Under the pieces are notes generated by a model. That model was not told the DNA's origin, did not search any database, and saw only the letters and a list, made by a program, of their open reading frames with translations. From assembly GCA_029953675.1 (NCBI GenBank), contig JAMWBK010000009.1, positions 1,612,001-1,676,000 of the forward strand: 64,000 bases of DNA, given 5' to 3'. A program made the translations under genes and the position numbers. The DNA is from Rhodosorus marinus CCMP1338 (Eukaryota > Plantae > Rhodophyta). Below, in pieces: positions 23,550-35,800 of the stretch (position 1 is its first letter; the number at the start of each line of letters is the position of its first letter).

Positions 23550-25728
23550 AGTAGTAGAGGGCTTGACAAACGGCAGGAGCCTGCTGTCAGACCTATTGGC
23601 GTTCCTGAGGTCCTACGAAAGCTAGCGACACAGTGGGTACTAGGTCACCTGACCACACGACTTCGGGAGCTCCTCGTCCCCCTGCAACTAGGCCTTGCCG
23701 TCAGTGGAGGTTGCGAACGGTCCCTGCACGCAATACAGGCCCATCTCTACTGTGAACCACAATCGGCAGTTCTACGACTCGACCTGGCGAATGCGTTCAA
23801 CCGAATTGATCGGCGTATTGCAAAACAACTAGTCGACCGCCATTACCCAGAGCTGGCAGCCATCTACCGCCTGGGATATGGAAGCAACTGCGAGGACTCA
23901 CCTACGCTCCTAGGCTGCGCCCCAAAGCTACAGACGGCACACTGCACCCAGATCGACTACACCTGCAAGCGCAGACGGGAGTACAACAAGGAGATCCTTT
24001 GGGACCTGCCTTACACGCCCTCACTGGCGCCTTTTCTCGAAGCAATGCGGCAGAAACACCCTGAGCTGACTACTGTCGCCATCCATGACGATATCACGCT
24101 CGTGGGCCCCCTGGAGTCAATGAAAGCTGCCCTACTGTGTAGTCAAAATGCCCTCCCTACCATTGGGGCGGAACTACAACCTCAAAAGTGCACCCTATTC
24201 GGCTACCACATAGCATCACCTCGACTGGTTAGCAGATACATGCCGGACCTCAATGTTTCTCGCGAAGGAGTAACCAGACACTCCATTCCCATTGGGACGA
24301 GAAAATATGTGGAAGAAGCTTTGAGAACACTACAAAACAAGCATGAAACACCGGGCAAAGAGATTGCCCATCTGCCTCCTGAAGAGCTCAACACACAACT
24401 GGCGCTGTTCCGATACTGCTCGGAAACGAGACTTGACTACACCCTAAGGACAGTGGCTTACCACTACGGCAGAAGTTTAGCACGTGAAGCGGACTACAAC
24501 ACACGACTACAGTTGGAAAGGCTACTAGGCTGTCTACAAACAGCCCATGCGGACGACCCTGACGGAACGCACCCGGCTTGGAAGCAGGTAGCACTCCCCT
24601 GCCGATGGGGGGGACTGGGATTCTGCACTAGGAGTCCCGCTCCCAAATCCTAGTGGCAACTACAGCCATTAGGGGGAGACTGAGACCGGAAACCAGCCCC
24701 CGAATAAGGCAGCTCCTCAACCCCACGTACCTGACTGCTGCCCCTCCAGCAAATTCCCCCCCTGACCAGTCTGCGGTGAAGCAAGGTTCCTTACAGCAGA
24801 CCCTCTCAAGAGAGGCACACCTTACTGCTTTCACCCGACTGGTCACGGATCCCTTACTCGACCCGGAACATCGTGCCCGAATCCGTTCCGTTGCAGGCGT
24901 CTGGCTAAGAGATTTACCACAATTCGGAGCCCGACTGAGTGGGAGAGGCATGCACCTGAATATCCGACAATTGCTGGGTCTCCCGATTCGGGGACTGCGG
25001 ACGACGGAGAGGTGTACTACGTGTAATAGTACACACCGTACGAACGGTGTACAAAGATTCCATCATTGTCAGACCTCGACTGGGCTCTGGCAACGGCGAC
25101 ATGATCAGCTCTGCACTGAGCTGGCGCGTTGGCTTAACAGATGGCAGTTCAGAGATGTTCAGGAAGAACCTACAGACTACTTCACGAACTCGAATCTACG
25201 ACCTGACTTGGTAGCTATACACCCTCGGACATGGCAACGATTTGCGATCGATGTGACGGTGGTGTCACCCCTACAGGCGAGACACCAACCCAACAGCAAA
25301 GACAACAATGGTTATGCAGCAAAACAGGCGGAGCGTTGGAAACTGCACACTACAAGGAGGCGATGGTGACAGAGCATCCAGATGACAAACTGATTCCGAT
25401 TGCGATAGAAACCTTCGGCCGAACGGGGCAGATGACCCAAGACTTTCTCCGAGAGGGCTGTGGGCACATGCTAACTAAGCAGTACGAGTTGAGCAACGTG
25501 CGGGCTCAACTAAACAGAACACTTTGGGCAGGGAACGCAGAGCTCGCGTTAGGGGCTTTGCGCGTGGATCAGTCGGACCAGCCACTGATCCCTTATTTTT
25601 CTTTTTTATCGTAGCTAGAGACCCCGGGAGACGGGGTTAAACACACACATTTTCCCTAGATCTTGATAGAATTAGTGTTGCCCTGCACTAGGCATTTGCC
25701 GAGTAAAGTTTACAGCTACGTTAGTCTC
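23550..25728 (+). mobile_element. 5'-truncated CRE/SLACS-clade non-LTR retrotransposon (RT + CCHC + restriction-like endonuclease), inactivated by frameshifts
   Basis: GLDK..VRPIGVPEVLRKLA; LVPLQLG; LRLDLANAFNRIDR; GVQQGDPLGP in a shifted frame (23978-24007); IHDD; ALPCRWGGLG; CTTC...HHC; RHD; RPDL; IDVTV; IPIAIETFG; stop at 25612-25614. Confidence 0.88.
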
Positions 25729-25787
25729 GGGTTACGTTAGTCTGGGGTTAGGCAGCTGCCCAGTAAAGCTTACGGTTACGTTAGTCT
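25702..25787 (+). repeat. Cluster of TACGTTAGTCT-containing repeats, including the right copy of the 20-bp direct repeat (25729-25748)
   Basis: TACGTTAGTCT at 25717, 25733 and 25777; 26-mer AGTAAAGYTTACRGYTACGTTAGTCT at 25702 and 25762 (3 mismatches). Confidence 0.85.
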
Positions 25788-26850
25788 AGACTTTTGAACA
25801 GCCAACTTCAGATTGGTCGGACAGACCTGCCTATGGAGTGAGTTAAATTATCAAGTCCTTAACATTCGACCATCTGCAGTGAGCTTTTCTTTCACATACA
25901 AGCTAAGAACGATTTTTTCTTTTGAGTTAATTAGCTACCACCGCCACTTTCGAGTCCATTCTTCATTTCCCAATCCCAACTGGACTCAACGGCCTCCGCC
26001 GGAATTTGATCAGATCCAACTCCACAGGCGCAACTCAAATGTCATATGACCAATTTGCTTTGATCCTTTTTTGGGGGGGGGAAAACCGAAATCACGTTCA
26101 ATAAATACAATCTAAATGATATCAACCCGCGGACTAAATAAAAGCCATTGGCCAATTAAATTCCAGTTACCTGATCGGGAGTCGGTTTTGACCAATCATC
26201 GTATAAACAAATCGTGCTCCTCAACAACGATTCGATAAGCATAGCCGTGCAAATATTTTTGATATTCAAATATGATCGCCCCCTGAGATATTATTCGTCT
26301 TCTCTTTCAACTTGTAGCTCAGGGGATGAAAACACATAAAAAACAACCTACGGTTATTATTATTTCCACAAAAGCATCAACTTCGATGAACTCACTAAAA
26401 CAATCCACCCCTTTACTAACCTCAACGTCAGAACATTAAAAAACACTTAAATCTACGACGGATATTTTCCTTCAAAATTATTTAGTCTTTTCTTAAAAAA
26501 GCGATAAAATCGATTAGCGAATCAACGAATGGAAAAATCCACGAAACCGGTGGCGGACGGTAACTTTAATATTGTCATTAAATAATCCGCAAATCCTTGT
26601 TAGTCCCTGTTAGATTACTTCCGAAACAAGGGTTTTTCGTAGACCGCCTTGAGTACCACACTCAAATTTGGTTATTTTAAGATCGATTTTGTGCGTATTT
26701 TCGGCGGGTTATATTAGGCAATAGAGGGTTTTAGGGTTTTTAGGGTTTTTGTTTTTGTTTAAGTGTTTTTTGTTTTTTTTGGGTGGAGGAAGAAAAAGAC
26801 TGAAGTCCGAAAGTTTGGTGAGAGACTCTGTGTGCGGGACCCCGCACAGA

Positions 26851-26878
26851 GAGAGAGAAAAGACACACACAGAGAGAC

Positions 26879-26912
<34 letters not shown>
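26851..26912. repeat. (GA)n/(CA)n compound microsatellite upstream of serA
   Basis: GAGAGAGAAAAGACACACACAGAGAGACAGAGAGACAG followed by a (AG)n run. Confidence 0.9.
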
Positions 26913-26917
<5 letters not shown>

Positions 26918-27071
26918 TTGTTGAGTAAGGTTTTTGTGCACAGGAAGAGAGAACTAGTTTTTTGGATTGTTGGAATGGATGAGAATGGATATTAGAGAGG
27001 AGAGGGTTGGGATTGGAGTGTAAAGGAGTTGGGGAGGGTGAGGAAGGAGTTTGTTTTTGTTTTTTTTTTGT

Positions 27072-27115
27072 GGTGGGGGGTGGGTTGGGGTGGGAGGGGG
27101 GGGGGGGCGGCGGGG
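27072..27115 (+). promoter_or_regulatory. Potential G-quadruplex in the serA leader
   Basis: G6-T-G3-TT-G4-T-G3-A-G12-CGGC-G4 on the sense strand, 135-180 nt upstream of the ATG. Confidence 0.5.
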
Positions 27116-27250
27116 AAGGTGATGAGAAGGAATTTTTATATCGCAGGGTGGTGATCTGTTTTACGTAATTTTTTTTGTTTGACTGCTTGGTTTTGTTTTT
27201 TTTTTGGAGGTAGGGGTAGGGGTGGGGTGGTTTTGATTTGTTTGGTTTTC

Positions 27251-29672
27251 ATGGTTGAGTTTGGGTTTGTGGTTGGGGCGGAGGTGGTTCGTGGGTCGTT
27301 GACTCGAGAGAAGACCGTGTCGACCCGTGGGAGGTCTGTGACGTCGGTTCGTTCGAGATCGACTGTTGTTTGTACGGCGCTTCAACCGCCGTCGGTTCAG
27401 AAAGTGGGTTCGGATAAAGACGTCGAGAAGATGAGCGTTCTTCTGCCTGAGAAGCTTTCTGCGGAGGGTATTGCGATCCTTCAGGAGGAGTATGATGTGA
27501 GCATCAAATACGATCTCACGCCGGAAGAGCTCCTCGAGCAGATCCCAATGTATGAAGGCCTTATCGTTCGCTCGGGTACCAAGGTTTGTTTCTGCCCCGC
27601 ACCCAAGCTTGTTGTTTACTTACTCACCACGAATGGATCTCAGGGCGCGGCGACTCATATCGATCGTATCCACAACTCTCACCTCGCCGACTTTTCAACT
27701 TCCTCTCTCAAAGGTTACCCGTGAAGTTATTGAAGCTGGAAAACGACTGAAGGTTATCGGTCGCGCTGGCGTTGGTGTGGATAATATTGACCTCAACGCC
27801 GCTACCGAGCGTGGTGTTCTCGTTGTCAATGCTCCTACAGGTACGTACATTCCTCCCCGTCTTCGCACCCACCGTCCAATCCACACCTTTGGACTCCATC
27901 TGGACTGCAACGGAACGGAGACACTTTCGCTCCCTTTGGATGTGGACCTTAGACTGAACCGATCGGCGATTTCTCTGCGTTGCACGAATAGGAAACTGTG
28001 TTGCAGCAGCCGAGCATGCGATCGCTCTGCTTTGTGGAGTTTCAAGACTGCTATCTTCCGCAGATTCCACGTTGAAGAATGGAGGATGGGACAGGAGCAA
28101 GTTTGTGGGTGTTAGCTTGGTAGGAAAGACCATCGCTGTTGTTGGTTTGGGTCGAATCGGTCGCGAGGTTACCAAGCGTTGCCAGGCAAGTCATGGAGGC
28201 ATTGCCACCAGGTGCTCAACAAACTCAGATAATCGCGGTCCATCTGAAGGTTAGTTTTCGGGTTTTGTAGGGCCTTGGCATGAACGTGATTGCACACGAC
28301 CCGTTCACCTCGCAGGAAGCAGCGACGTCTCTGGGTGTTCGCCTGGTCTCCCTCGAAGCAGCTGCGGCTGAGGCGGATTTCCTGACACTCCACCTTCCGC
28401 TCACGGACGGAACACGTGACATGATCGATTCCAAGATTCTGTCGATGATGAAGCCCACAATGAACATTATCAATGCAGCTCGCGGCGGAGTCATCAACGA
28501 GGACGCTCTGTTGGAGGTATGAAAATCCGAATTTTTTTTGTTTGTCGAGTCCAGCGCGCTGATGAGAGCTGTTGTGCCCAATTTTGAAAAAAAAGGCCCT
28601 CGAATCTGGAAAAATCATGGGAGCTGGGCTTGACTGTTTCCTTGTTGAGCCTCCAAACAAGGACCCAGAGTCGGTCTCGTACAAACTTTCGACTCATCCC
28701 AGGGTTTTGGCAACCCCGCATCTCGGCGCTTCCACCAGAGAAGCACAGGAGGATGTCGCGATCGAAATCGCGACCAACGTGAAGAATGCCTTGTCTGGAG
28801 ATCTGGTGCCTACGATGGTACGTTAGGATAGCTCCAAAGGACGGAAATCGGTGTTGTGTGGCTCTTTCAGTTTGTCTTAGGTTGCTTCTCTGTCAATTTG
28901 CTGCTACTAGGTCAATGCTCCCTCAATTCACAAGGAGCAGCTGACGAAGCTCCTTCCGTTCGCATTGCTTGCTGAACGCCTGGGGCGACTGGCGATGGGT
29001 ATTGCAGGCCCCGCAGCCGCTGGGGAGGTGGTCATCAACTACAATTTCCAAAAGCCTGTCGATACTAGGCTTCTGAGGGCTGGGTTGATCAAGGGTATCA
29101 TGCAGCCAGCATTGGACATGCAAATAAGTATTGTGAATGCCGACGGGGTGGCCAGGAAGCAAGGCCTCAAGGTTACAGAAGTAACCAACCTTCAGAGTAA
29201 GGAGGACAACTCCATTTCGGTCGAATTCAAGGGCGCTCCGATCGTCGAGGGAAGAGTCATCAGTGAGAAGCCAACGGTAACTAGAATTGGTCAATTCCTT
29301 CCGGATTTGCGCCTTGATGGATACCTTCTGCTATACGTTCACGATGACAAGCCGGGACAGATGGGAAAGGTAAGCGGGTCCTCTTCAAGGGTGTTCACGT
29401 CATAGAGGCAATCGCACGCGAAGACCTGCAAACTGAAGGCTAGAGGGTTGGGAAACTGATTGCCTTGAGTGTGATTCGTTTAGGCTGGTGTATACCTGGG
29501 TGACCGTGGCTTCAATATTTCGTACATGACCATTGCCCGAGGGGAAGTTCCTGGAGGAAGGTCCCTCGTTTTGACTGGACTGGATAACAAGCCCGACAAG
29601 GAAGTGCTGGATGGAATCTTTTCGCTGGTGGGGCACCCTGAGCTCGCTCCAGTGCTTGTTGAATTCAACTAG
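27251..29672 (+). CDS. serA: Plastid D-3-phosphoglycerate dehydrogenase with ASB and ACT domains, multi-exon
   Basis: Transit-like [18 protein letters not shown]...; [75 protein letters not shown] start; TAG at 29670-29672. Confidence 0.95.
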
Positions 29673-29818
29673 ACCAGAATCAAGCAGTAACTGCGTTTTC
29701 AACGTTGATGTGCTTGCGTTCATGAAAAAAAGATTACAATAGTTCAACGACGACAGTGGCAAATTAGCAAAACAGGTCAAGCAAGTAAGCGCGTTCACGT
29801 TTAAAATGCGATCGAGGG

Positions 29819-32800
29819 TCACTGCGCGGGGGGGCTTGGTGTAGGGTACTGGGGCGGCAATTCGCTCCCAAAAGTTAGTCGCCCGCTGGTCCCTTCGCTT
29901 CCAATCCGCTGGGAGACCCGCTTGTCCAACGCCAACAAGTCCTTGAAATCACCGGCCTTGTCCGGGAAGTAGCTCAGAAAATAACGCAGCTGGCCGGCCC
30001 AAGGCGCTATGAGACGCCTGGCAATAGCGGAGACGTGGTCTGCCTGCAGCGATGTGGAGAAAACGCTCTGCTTGAAAATGAACGAAAAGAGCATTGTTGC
30101 AATCCTTAGAGCAGTGCTCGGTCCATGCCGAAGGGCGAAGTAGACCAGTTCATCCGTGACATAGTGCATCTCGAAAAGCAGGTCCATGTAGTCCGGATTC
30201 CTCATAGTCTCGTCAAGCTGCTGGAACCAATCATCCAGTGATGGCAGCCCTGCAGCGGCCGATGCGTTTCTTTGCTTCTCTCTTATCTGTGCCAGCATGT
30301 TTTGAACGGAGTCACTATCACCGCTTTCCGATGCTACAGCCATGGCAACTGAATCAACTCCAGCACCAGCAACTCTTGGTCGTCGGATGTTCACCCAGAA
30401 GGCGGACGACTTCTGCAGGAAGAGTGCAACCTAAATGATTTGAGACGAAGCGAACGGGTGAGGCTCCTGACTTCCCAGGGCGGGGTCAATCATGGTTGTG
30501 CTGTCGGTTGGTTGAAACCTACCAGCTCCTCCAGAACGGAAAATGTGTATGCCCGGGAGTTCATAACCGCAGAAAACTCACTAGCTCCTCCAAAAGAAAT
30601 GCGGAGTCGCACCCAATAGTACTCCTCGGGCAGCCTTTTGTTGTAAACGGCAATGTGCTCCTCCACGTACTTCTCCTTTACCAGGAAAGCCAGCCTCTCA
30701 AGGAGCCGAGAGACGCGCAACTTGAGCGTCAACTTGGCGAAACGGTTTTGGTCTACCAAGCTCCCAACCAGCTGTCCGTCTGAGGAGAAGAACAAGGAAT
30801 CGTTTCTAACCGCGTAATGCAGTTCATCATCAAACAGGTTGTGCACCTCGAGGACCTTCTCAAGATGGCTACCCTCCTCAATCAGAGCCTTATATATTGC
30901 CTGTTCAGAATCTCGATTGTGCACCGCAGGCGACATCAGAGAGCTCTTCACGGGAGTCTTCCTCGCTTGCGACTTGGTCATATTGAGCATGTTCAAATTC
31001 AAGTCAAACAAGAAGTCCGTCTGATTCAGCTTCAGCTGCGGAGGCCGGCAAGTTGCGGTTATTTCGATAGTCTCCTGGAAATCCTTGACAAGCCGGCAGT
31101 TAATAGAAACATTGAACTTGCGAACAATGGTCGTTGCTACCAAATCGCCCTGCAAGTGCTGCAGATCCTCTTCCTCCAATCTTGGCCGAAAGTACAGGAA
31201 GATTCGACGTTTCTGCCGAGGATTTATCCACAGCGAATTGACTTTGCGAAGAGTCGCATTGGTGGACGAGAAATTGACCTGCAAGTTCGCCATTAGTTGT
31301 TCAGCACCTAGTGTGAACCCGAAAGATCACGTATTGCGGCGGGTGTTACCTCAGTTCGCCACCAGGACGGAACGTCATGACTCAGCAAGAATTCCAATTC
31401 ATAATTTGAGTCATTGCAGATAAAAAAGGATCTATGTCTATACACGTGATCGAACGTGGCCATGGAATACTCAAGACTTTGTTGACCACCATCGCATAGA
31501 ACAGAGAAGTACTCTCTGCTTATCCTGGAAACGCTGCCGTCTGCGACCACCTGATGGAGTTTGATAGCTTTTCGATTAGAATTCTCTTAAAAACGGATGG
31601 GGTAATACCTACTTCCTACTTTCCAAGGATCAATGCGGGAGTCCTCGATGCTGGCATCTCTCCCTACCTCGATTGATACCCGTATGGTCTTGAGATCCAA
31701 AGAGTTCTCTCGGTTTTCAATCAATAAATAGGTTGAATGGACTCCAATTCTCTCCTGATCATCGCCGAAACATGAGGCAGACCAGGCGAAATTAGGTGGA
31801 ACCTTCAAGCCGGCAAGACGATGAACTCAGTCGCTACAAGTTTTGCACCTACCGAAGAGAATGCGATCTCGAGGTTCTGAACCTTCCCCTTCTCAAGAAT
31901 TCCACCATTTCTGCTGAGAGAAAACCAACGCTCGTCCGCCTCATACCCATGCATTTGGTGGACCTTGTACTCCACTGGCTCATCCTCAGCGGATTCCAGG
32001 GTCAATTTCCATGGGGAAACGGGTTTCCCCACGGTCACCTAAAGAGGGAACGCCCTTAGAACCAGGAAAAAGTATTGGACTTCAAACGCAAGCGTGTTGT
32101 TCGGAACAAACCTGTCCGACGTCTGTCTCATATCGGAGTCCACTGCCCGGGAGGGCAGAGCAGCCCTTCACAATTATCACATTGTCTAGGGTACCCAAGT
32201 GTGACAAATCCTCGGTTGAAGTCATTTCCTTCTGGACGGACTTCGGCTTCCTCGTGACGGAGACGGGCAGTTCGAAGACCGCAGCATGCTCCTCTAACAC
32301 GCCGTCACTATCGATTCCCTTAGGAGCACGCCCCATCCCTGCGCCTCCGCTCTCCCCTTCCTGACTTCTAGCTCGGAAAAGAGCTTGCAGAATGGGAGCC
32401 TTGGGGGTCTGGAGATCCATATCGCCGAGCTGGTTCAGACCACATGGATAGTTAACGGACAAAGTAGAAAGCTGCACATCAGTTTTGCGCCTGCGGTTCA
32501 CTGTTCAGCGGGCTGACTGGAAAGGGCTACACGATGCTTCTTCAAATTCCCCACGAAAGGCAATGGCCTCCCAGATGGCTAAGAGCCGATCAGAGTGCTC
32601 GCTGATCGAGTGGCCTACCTCTTTGTTCGAACCGCTGTGTTCGCCTGATATCGGTTCGTTCCTGGACATACTCTTGCTGAACGACACTGCGAGTGAGACT
32701 GTGACAGGTGGGGCACTTCCGCGGCTCTTATCCCTCAACATAATCGTGGCGTGACGAGGTGACCCTTCCTTAACCAGAAAATCGTCCTGAGCTCTTTTCG

Positions 32801-35800
32801 CGTAAACCTGCGATTGAAGTTTGCCAGCGTTGAGATTCATTGCTGCGCCGGCTCCATAGCTAACTATCAACGGGGTCATACGTTCGGGCGCGGAGACAAA
32901 AACCACCGTTTTGAGAGCCCTGCAGATTGCGGTGGACCGAGCTCACCTGTAGTTCCAACCTACCACCAGCAGGCACTGTTCCCTCCGTAGGCTTGAGAAC
33001 AACGCTCAAGCTACCGGGCAGTCCAAAGACCACGGCTTCAAAGTGTACGTCGGCGTCTGCCCAGAGGTTCTGCAGCAATACACGCTCATGAATGTTCCTC
33101 ATTTCGGAGTCGCTCTCTGTGCCGGTGTCTTGATGATCCGGGGAACGCCCAACAAAGAGGGTCAACATTGAAGGGGACACGGAGATAGAAGGTCCCGCGC
33201 TCAACTGCCCTACAACGTTTACTACCTCCCCAGGCTGACGTAAATCCCCTACGATGCAACCAACTTCGAGAGATCCGTAGAGGGCGTTAACTTCCTCGAC
33301 CTACTCGAAAAGGCATAGAGTTTCAGAGGCTAGGCGAGGGCATGAAATCACAAACGAAAGACGGGGCCCAAGCGAATTCTTCGGCGACTGTACCTGATCA
33401 TCGAAGTCTTCACCGGTAGGCACAGATTTTTCCGACTCAAACTCCTGAAGGAGCGTGGGGGAGGACTGAGCGAATCGATTCAATCCTAATCCACTCGAGG
33501 ACGATTGGTCCATATCGAATGACTCAGAGGTCGGCGATCCGTCAAACGTTTGAGTTCTCGGAAAGCAGCTGAGGATTTCCTCAAGACTGTCCGGTCTTGA
33601 AACTCTTGTGTTGGGTTCAAGCATCACTCTGATCTGTAAGCCGAGCAACCAAGCATTACGTATTCGAAGTGAGAAAATGCTATCAAGGACCGCTTGTTAG
33701 GTTTAGCAAACACACGCACCGCAATAGACTCTCCGCTGCTCAGCGTGGTAGTCTTCAAGGGTGACCCCGAGGACAGCTCCGAAACGGTAATGGTAAAGAG
33801 GTTGGAGAGCTTGGCTTGCCCTTCGCGCAGCGAAAAGTCCAGAACGCTAAGCTCCTCGCCAACATTGGTTACTCTGAACCATCCTTCACAAGTACCAAGG
33901 CTCGGGACAGTCACAGGAGGTAAAACAAGCTCCCATGGCTCGCCGCTGCCCAGCTTGTCAAAAGCAAGGCAGGGCGTGGTAACGGTGGCAGACAGCATCA
34001 ACGCCTCCGAGTTCTCCTTATTTCTAAGGTTCCTCACTGTTGCCATGAGTGCTACTTCGCCCATTGCGTGATCCCTGAGTCGCTCAGCCACTAGTTTCAA
34101 TCGAATGGTCGCAGTTCCCCCGCCCGGAATCTCTCCAGAGCCAGTATCATCCAGTATCTCAATTTCTGCCGGTTGCTTGGAAACCTCATAGCTAGTTGGG
34201 ATTCGAGTCATATTCTCCAGCTCGGCTTCGGCGACCATGCTAGTCCATCCATTGCTATGGCCGATGTTGCCAAATTCAATCGGCTGTGTGTCCTTAACAC
34301 GAATCTAATCACAACATATACATTTCCATGTAAGCAGAGAAGGTTAACCAAGCGAGTCTGCCGGGGGGTGCCATTTACCTTCGAATAGCACATTAAGCCG
34401 CTAATCTTAAGCGCCTTGATGACCCAGTTATTCGTGCCCCACATGATTCCGTCCTGGCCTCTAGATGTAGAACAAAGCAGTACGTACGTGTAAAATTCCG
34501 TACTTCTGTGGTCTCGCAATTCTTGCGCTTGTTTCAGAGTCAGAGTTTCCTGCTTAGCATGAGACTTTCTGGTCAGGTCAAAAGCTGATAAGCATTGCAG
34601 GCCTCCCAGGCTGTCACGAGCTTGCGATGTTTATCCACTTACGACAGATCCTTCCACGAATCTTGCTTCAACTTCCACTGCGTCGCGATTTCCACCCAGC
34701 TCGAAGGGCATTTCACAAGGGGAGAACACTTCGAAGCCGGGCTGTGGTGCTGCTTTGCGCTGCTGAGCTTGCTCCCACGACATAGCTTCCGCAGAAGCAA
34801 ACTCGATTCTCGACCTCGAGGTGAAATAGCAAAACTCGGTTTTCCTCATTTTGCCCTCCATAGTTCGCAACCAAAACTACAATTCAACGCAACGGGAGAG
34901 CCATTCCTTAGACGACGTATTCTTGGCTTTCTCATCTGGCGATCCAATTTCGTCGATACATACCTTCACGGCCTCAGAGAAGGAGATATTCCACTTCCTC
35001 TGGTCCTCCGTTGGACTGACAAATAGGGTTACTCCATCCACATCATCGATTCCAAGGTTGTCTTGCCTAAGCGGAGTTTCAAGTGTATGCAAAACTTGCA
35101 GCTCATGCGGGTCGACAAACGCTCCTATTGGTACAACTTTGGTGACCGCAGGAACATCCAGGTTCCTGACTTTTATCGTCTCAACGCACATTCCCACTGC
35201 GCCTGAAGCAAGAGTCATCCTCAAAACTCGAGACGACTCTGGAGGGAGGGAGACGCGAAGTTCTGACAATCTAACACGATCTGAGCTTGGGATCAGCTCA
35301 AGCTCGGCTGGTATTCCTTTGGAGCGATTAGTAATGGTAAATTGATCCCTCAAGACGGCACGGATGGAGCTCACGGCTCCGAGGTTTAGAACAGCTCGGT
35401 CGACATCAACGAGCATCATTCCAACTAAGGCGGAGAACTTCACAGTTTGCTCAACAAGTACCTGTGTCAGGTTGTCAATGGAAAGCATTCACAATCCTCG
35501 AGGTTAGCGCGGAGGAATTCCGGGGGGAGCTTTCCGGAACATATCTAGGGAACATCTTACTGTGCTATTGCCTTCTTCGTGCTCGGTCAGAACAAAATGG
35601 AGCCCGCCAACAAGAGACTTGCACATGCCGTCCTTGAGCTCCTCTACTTCCAAGTTTGGTGCGACGCGTACTCGAACGGCACGTGCGCCGCGGGGAGCCA
35701 GAGGGAGGGAGTCCCCTGAGCCCTCATCTTCCTCATGAACGAACACCTGGGAAGAAAGGTTTGAGCTGCAGCCGAAACCGCGTTTGTGAGCGTCAAAAGC

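Noticed and set aside
26732-26748. Telobox-like TAGGGTTT pair (also AAACCCTA at 41327-41334)
   Set aside because: Expected by chance within the G/T-skewed leaders; no array and no evidence that the host telomere is TTTAGGG.
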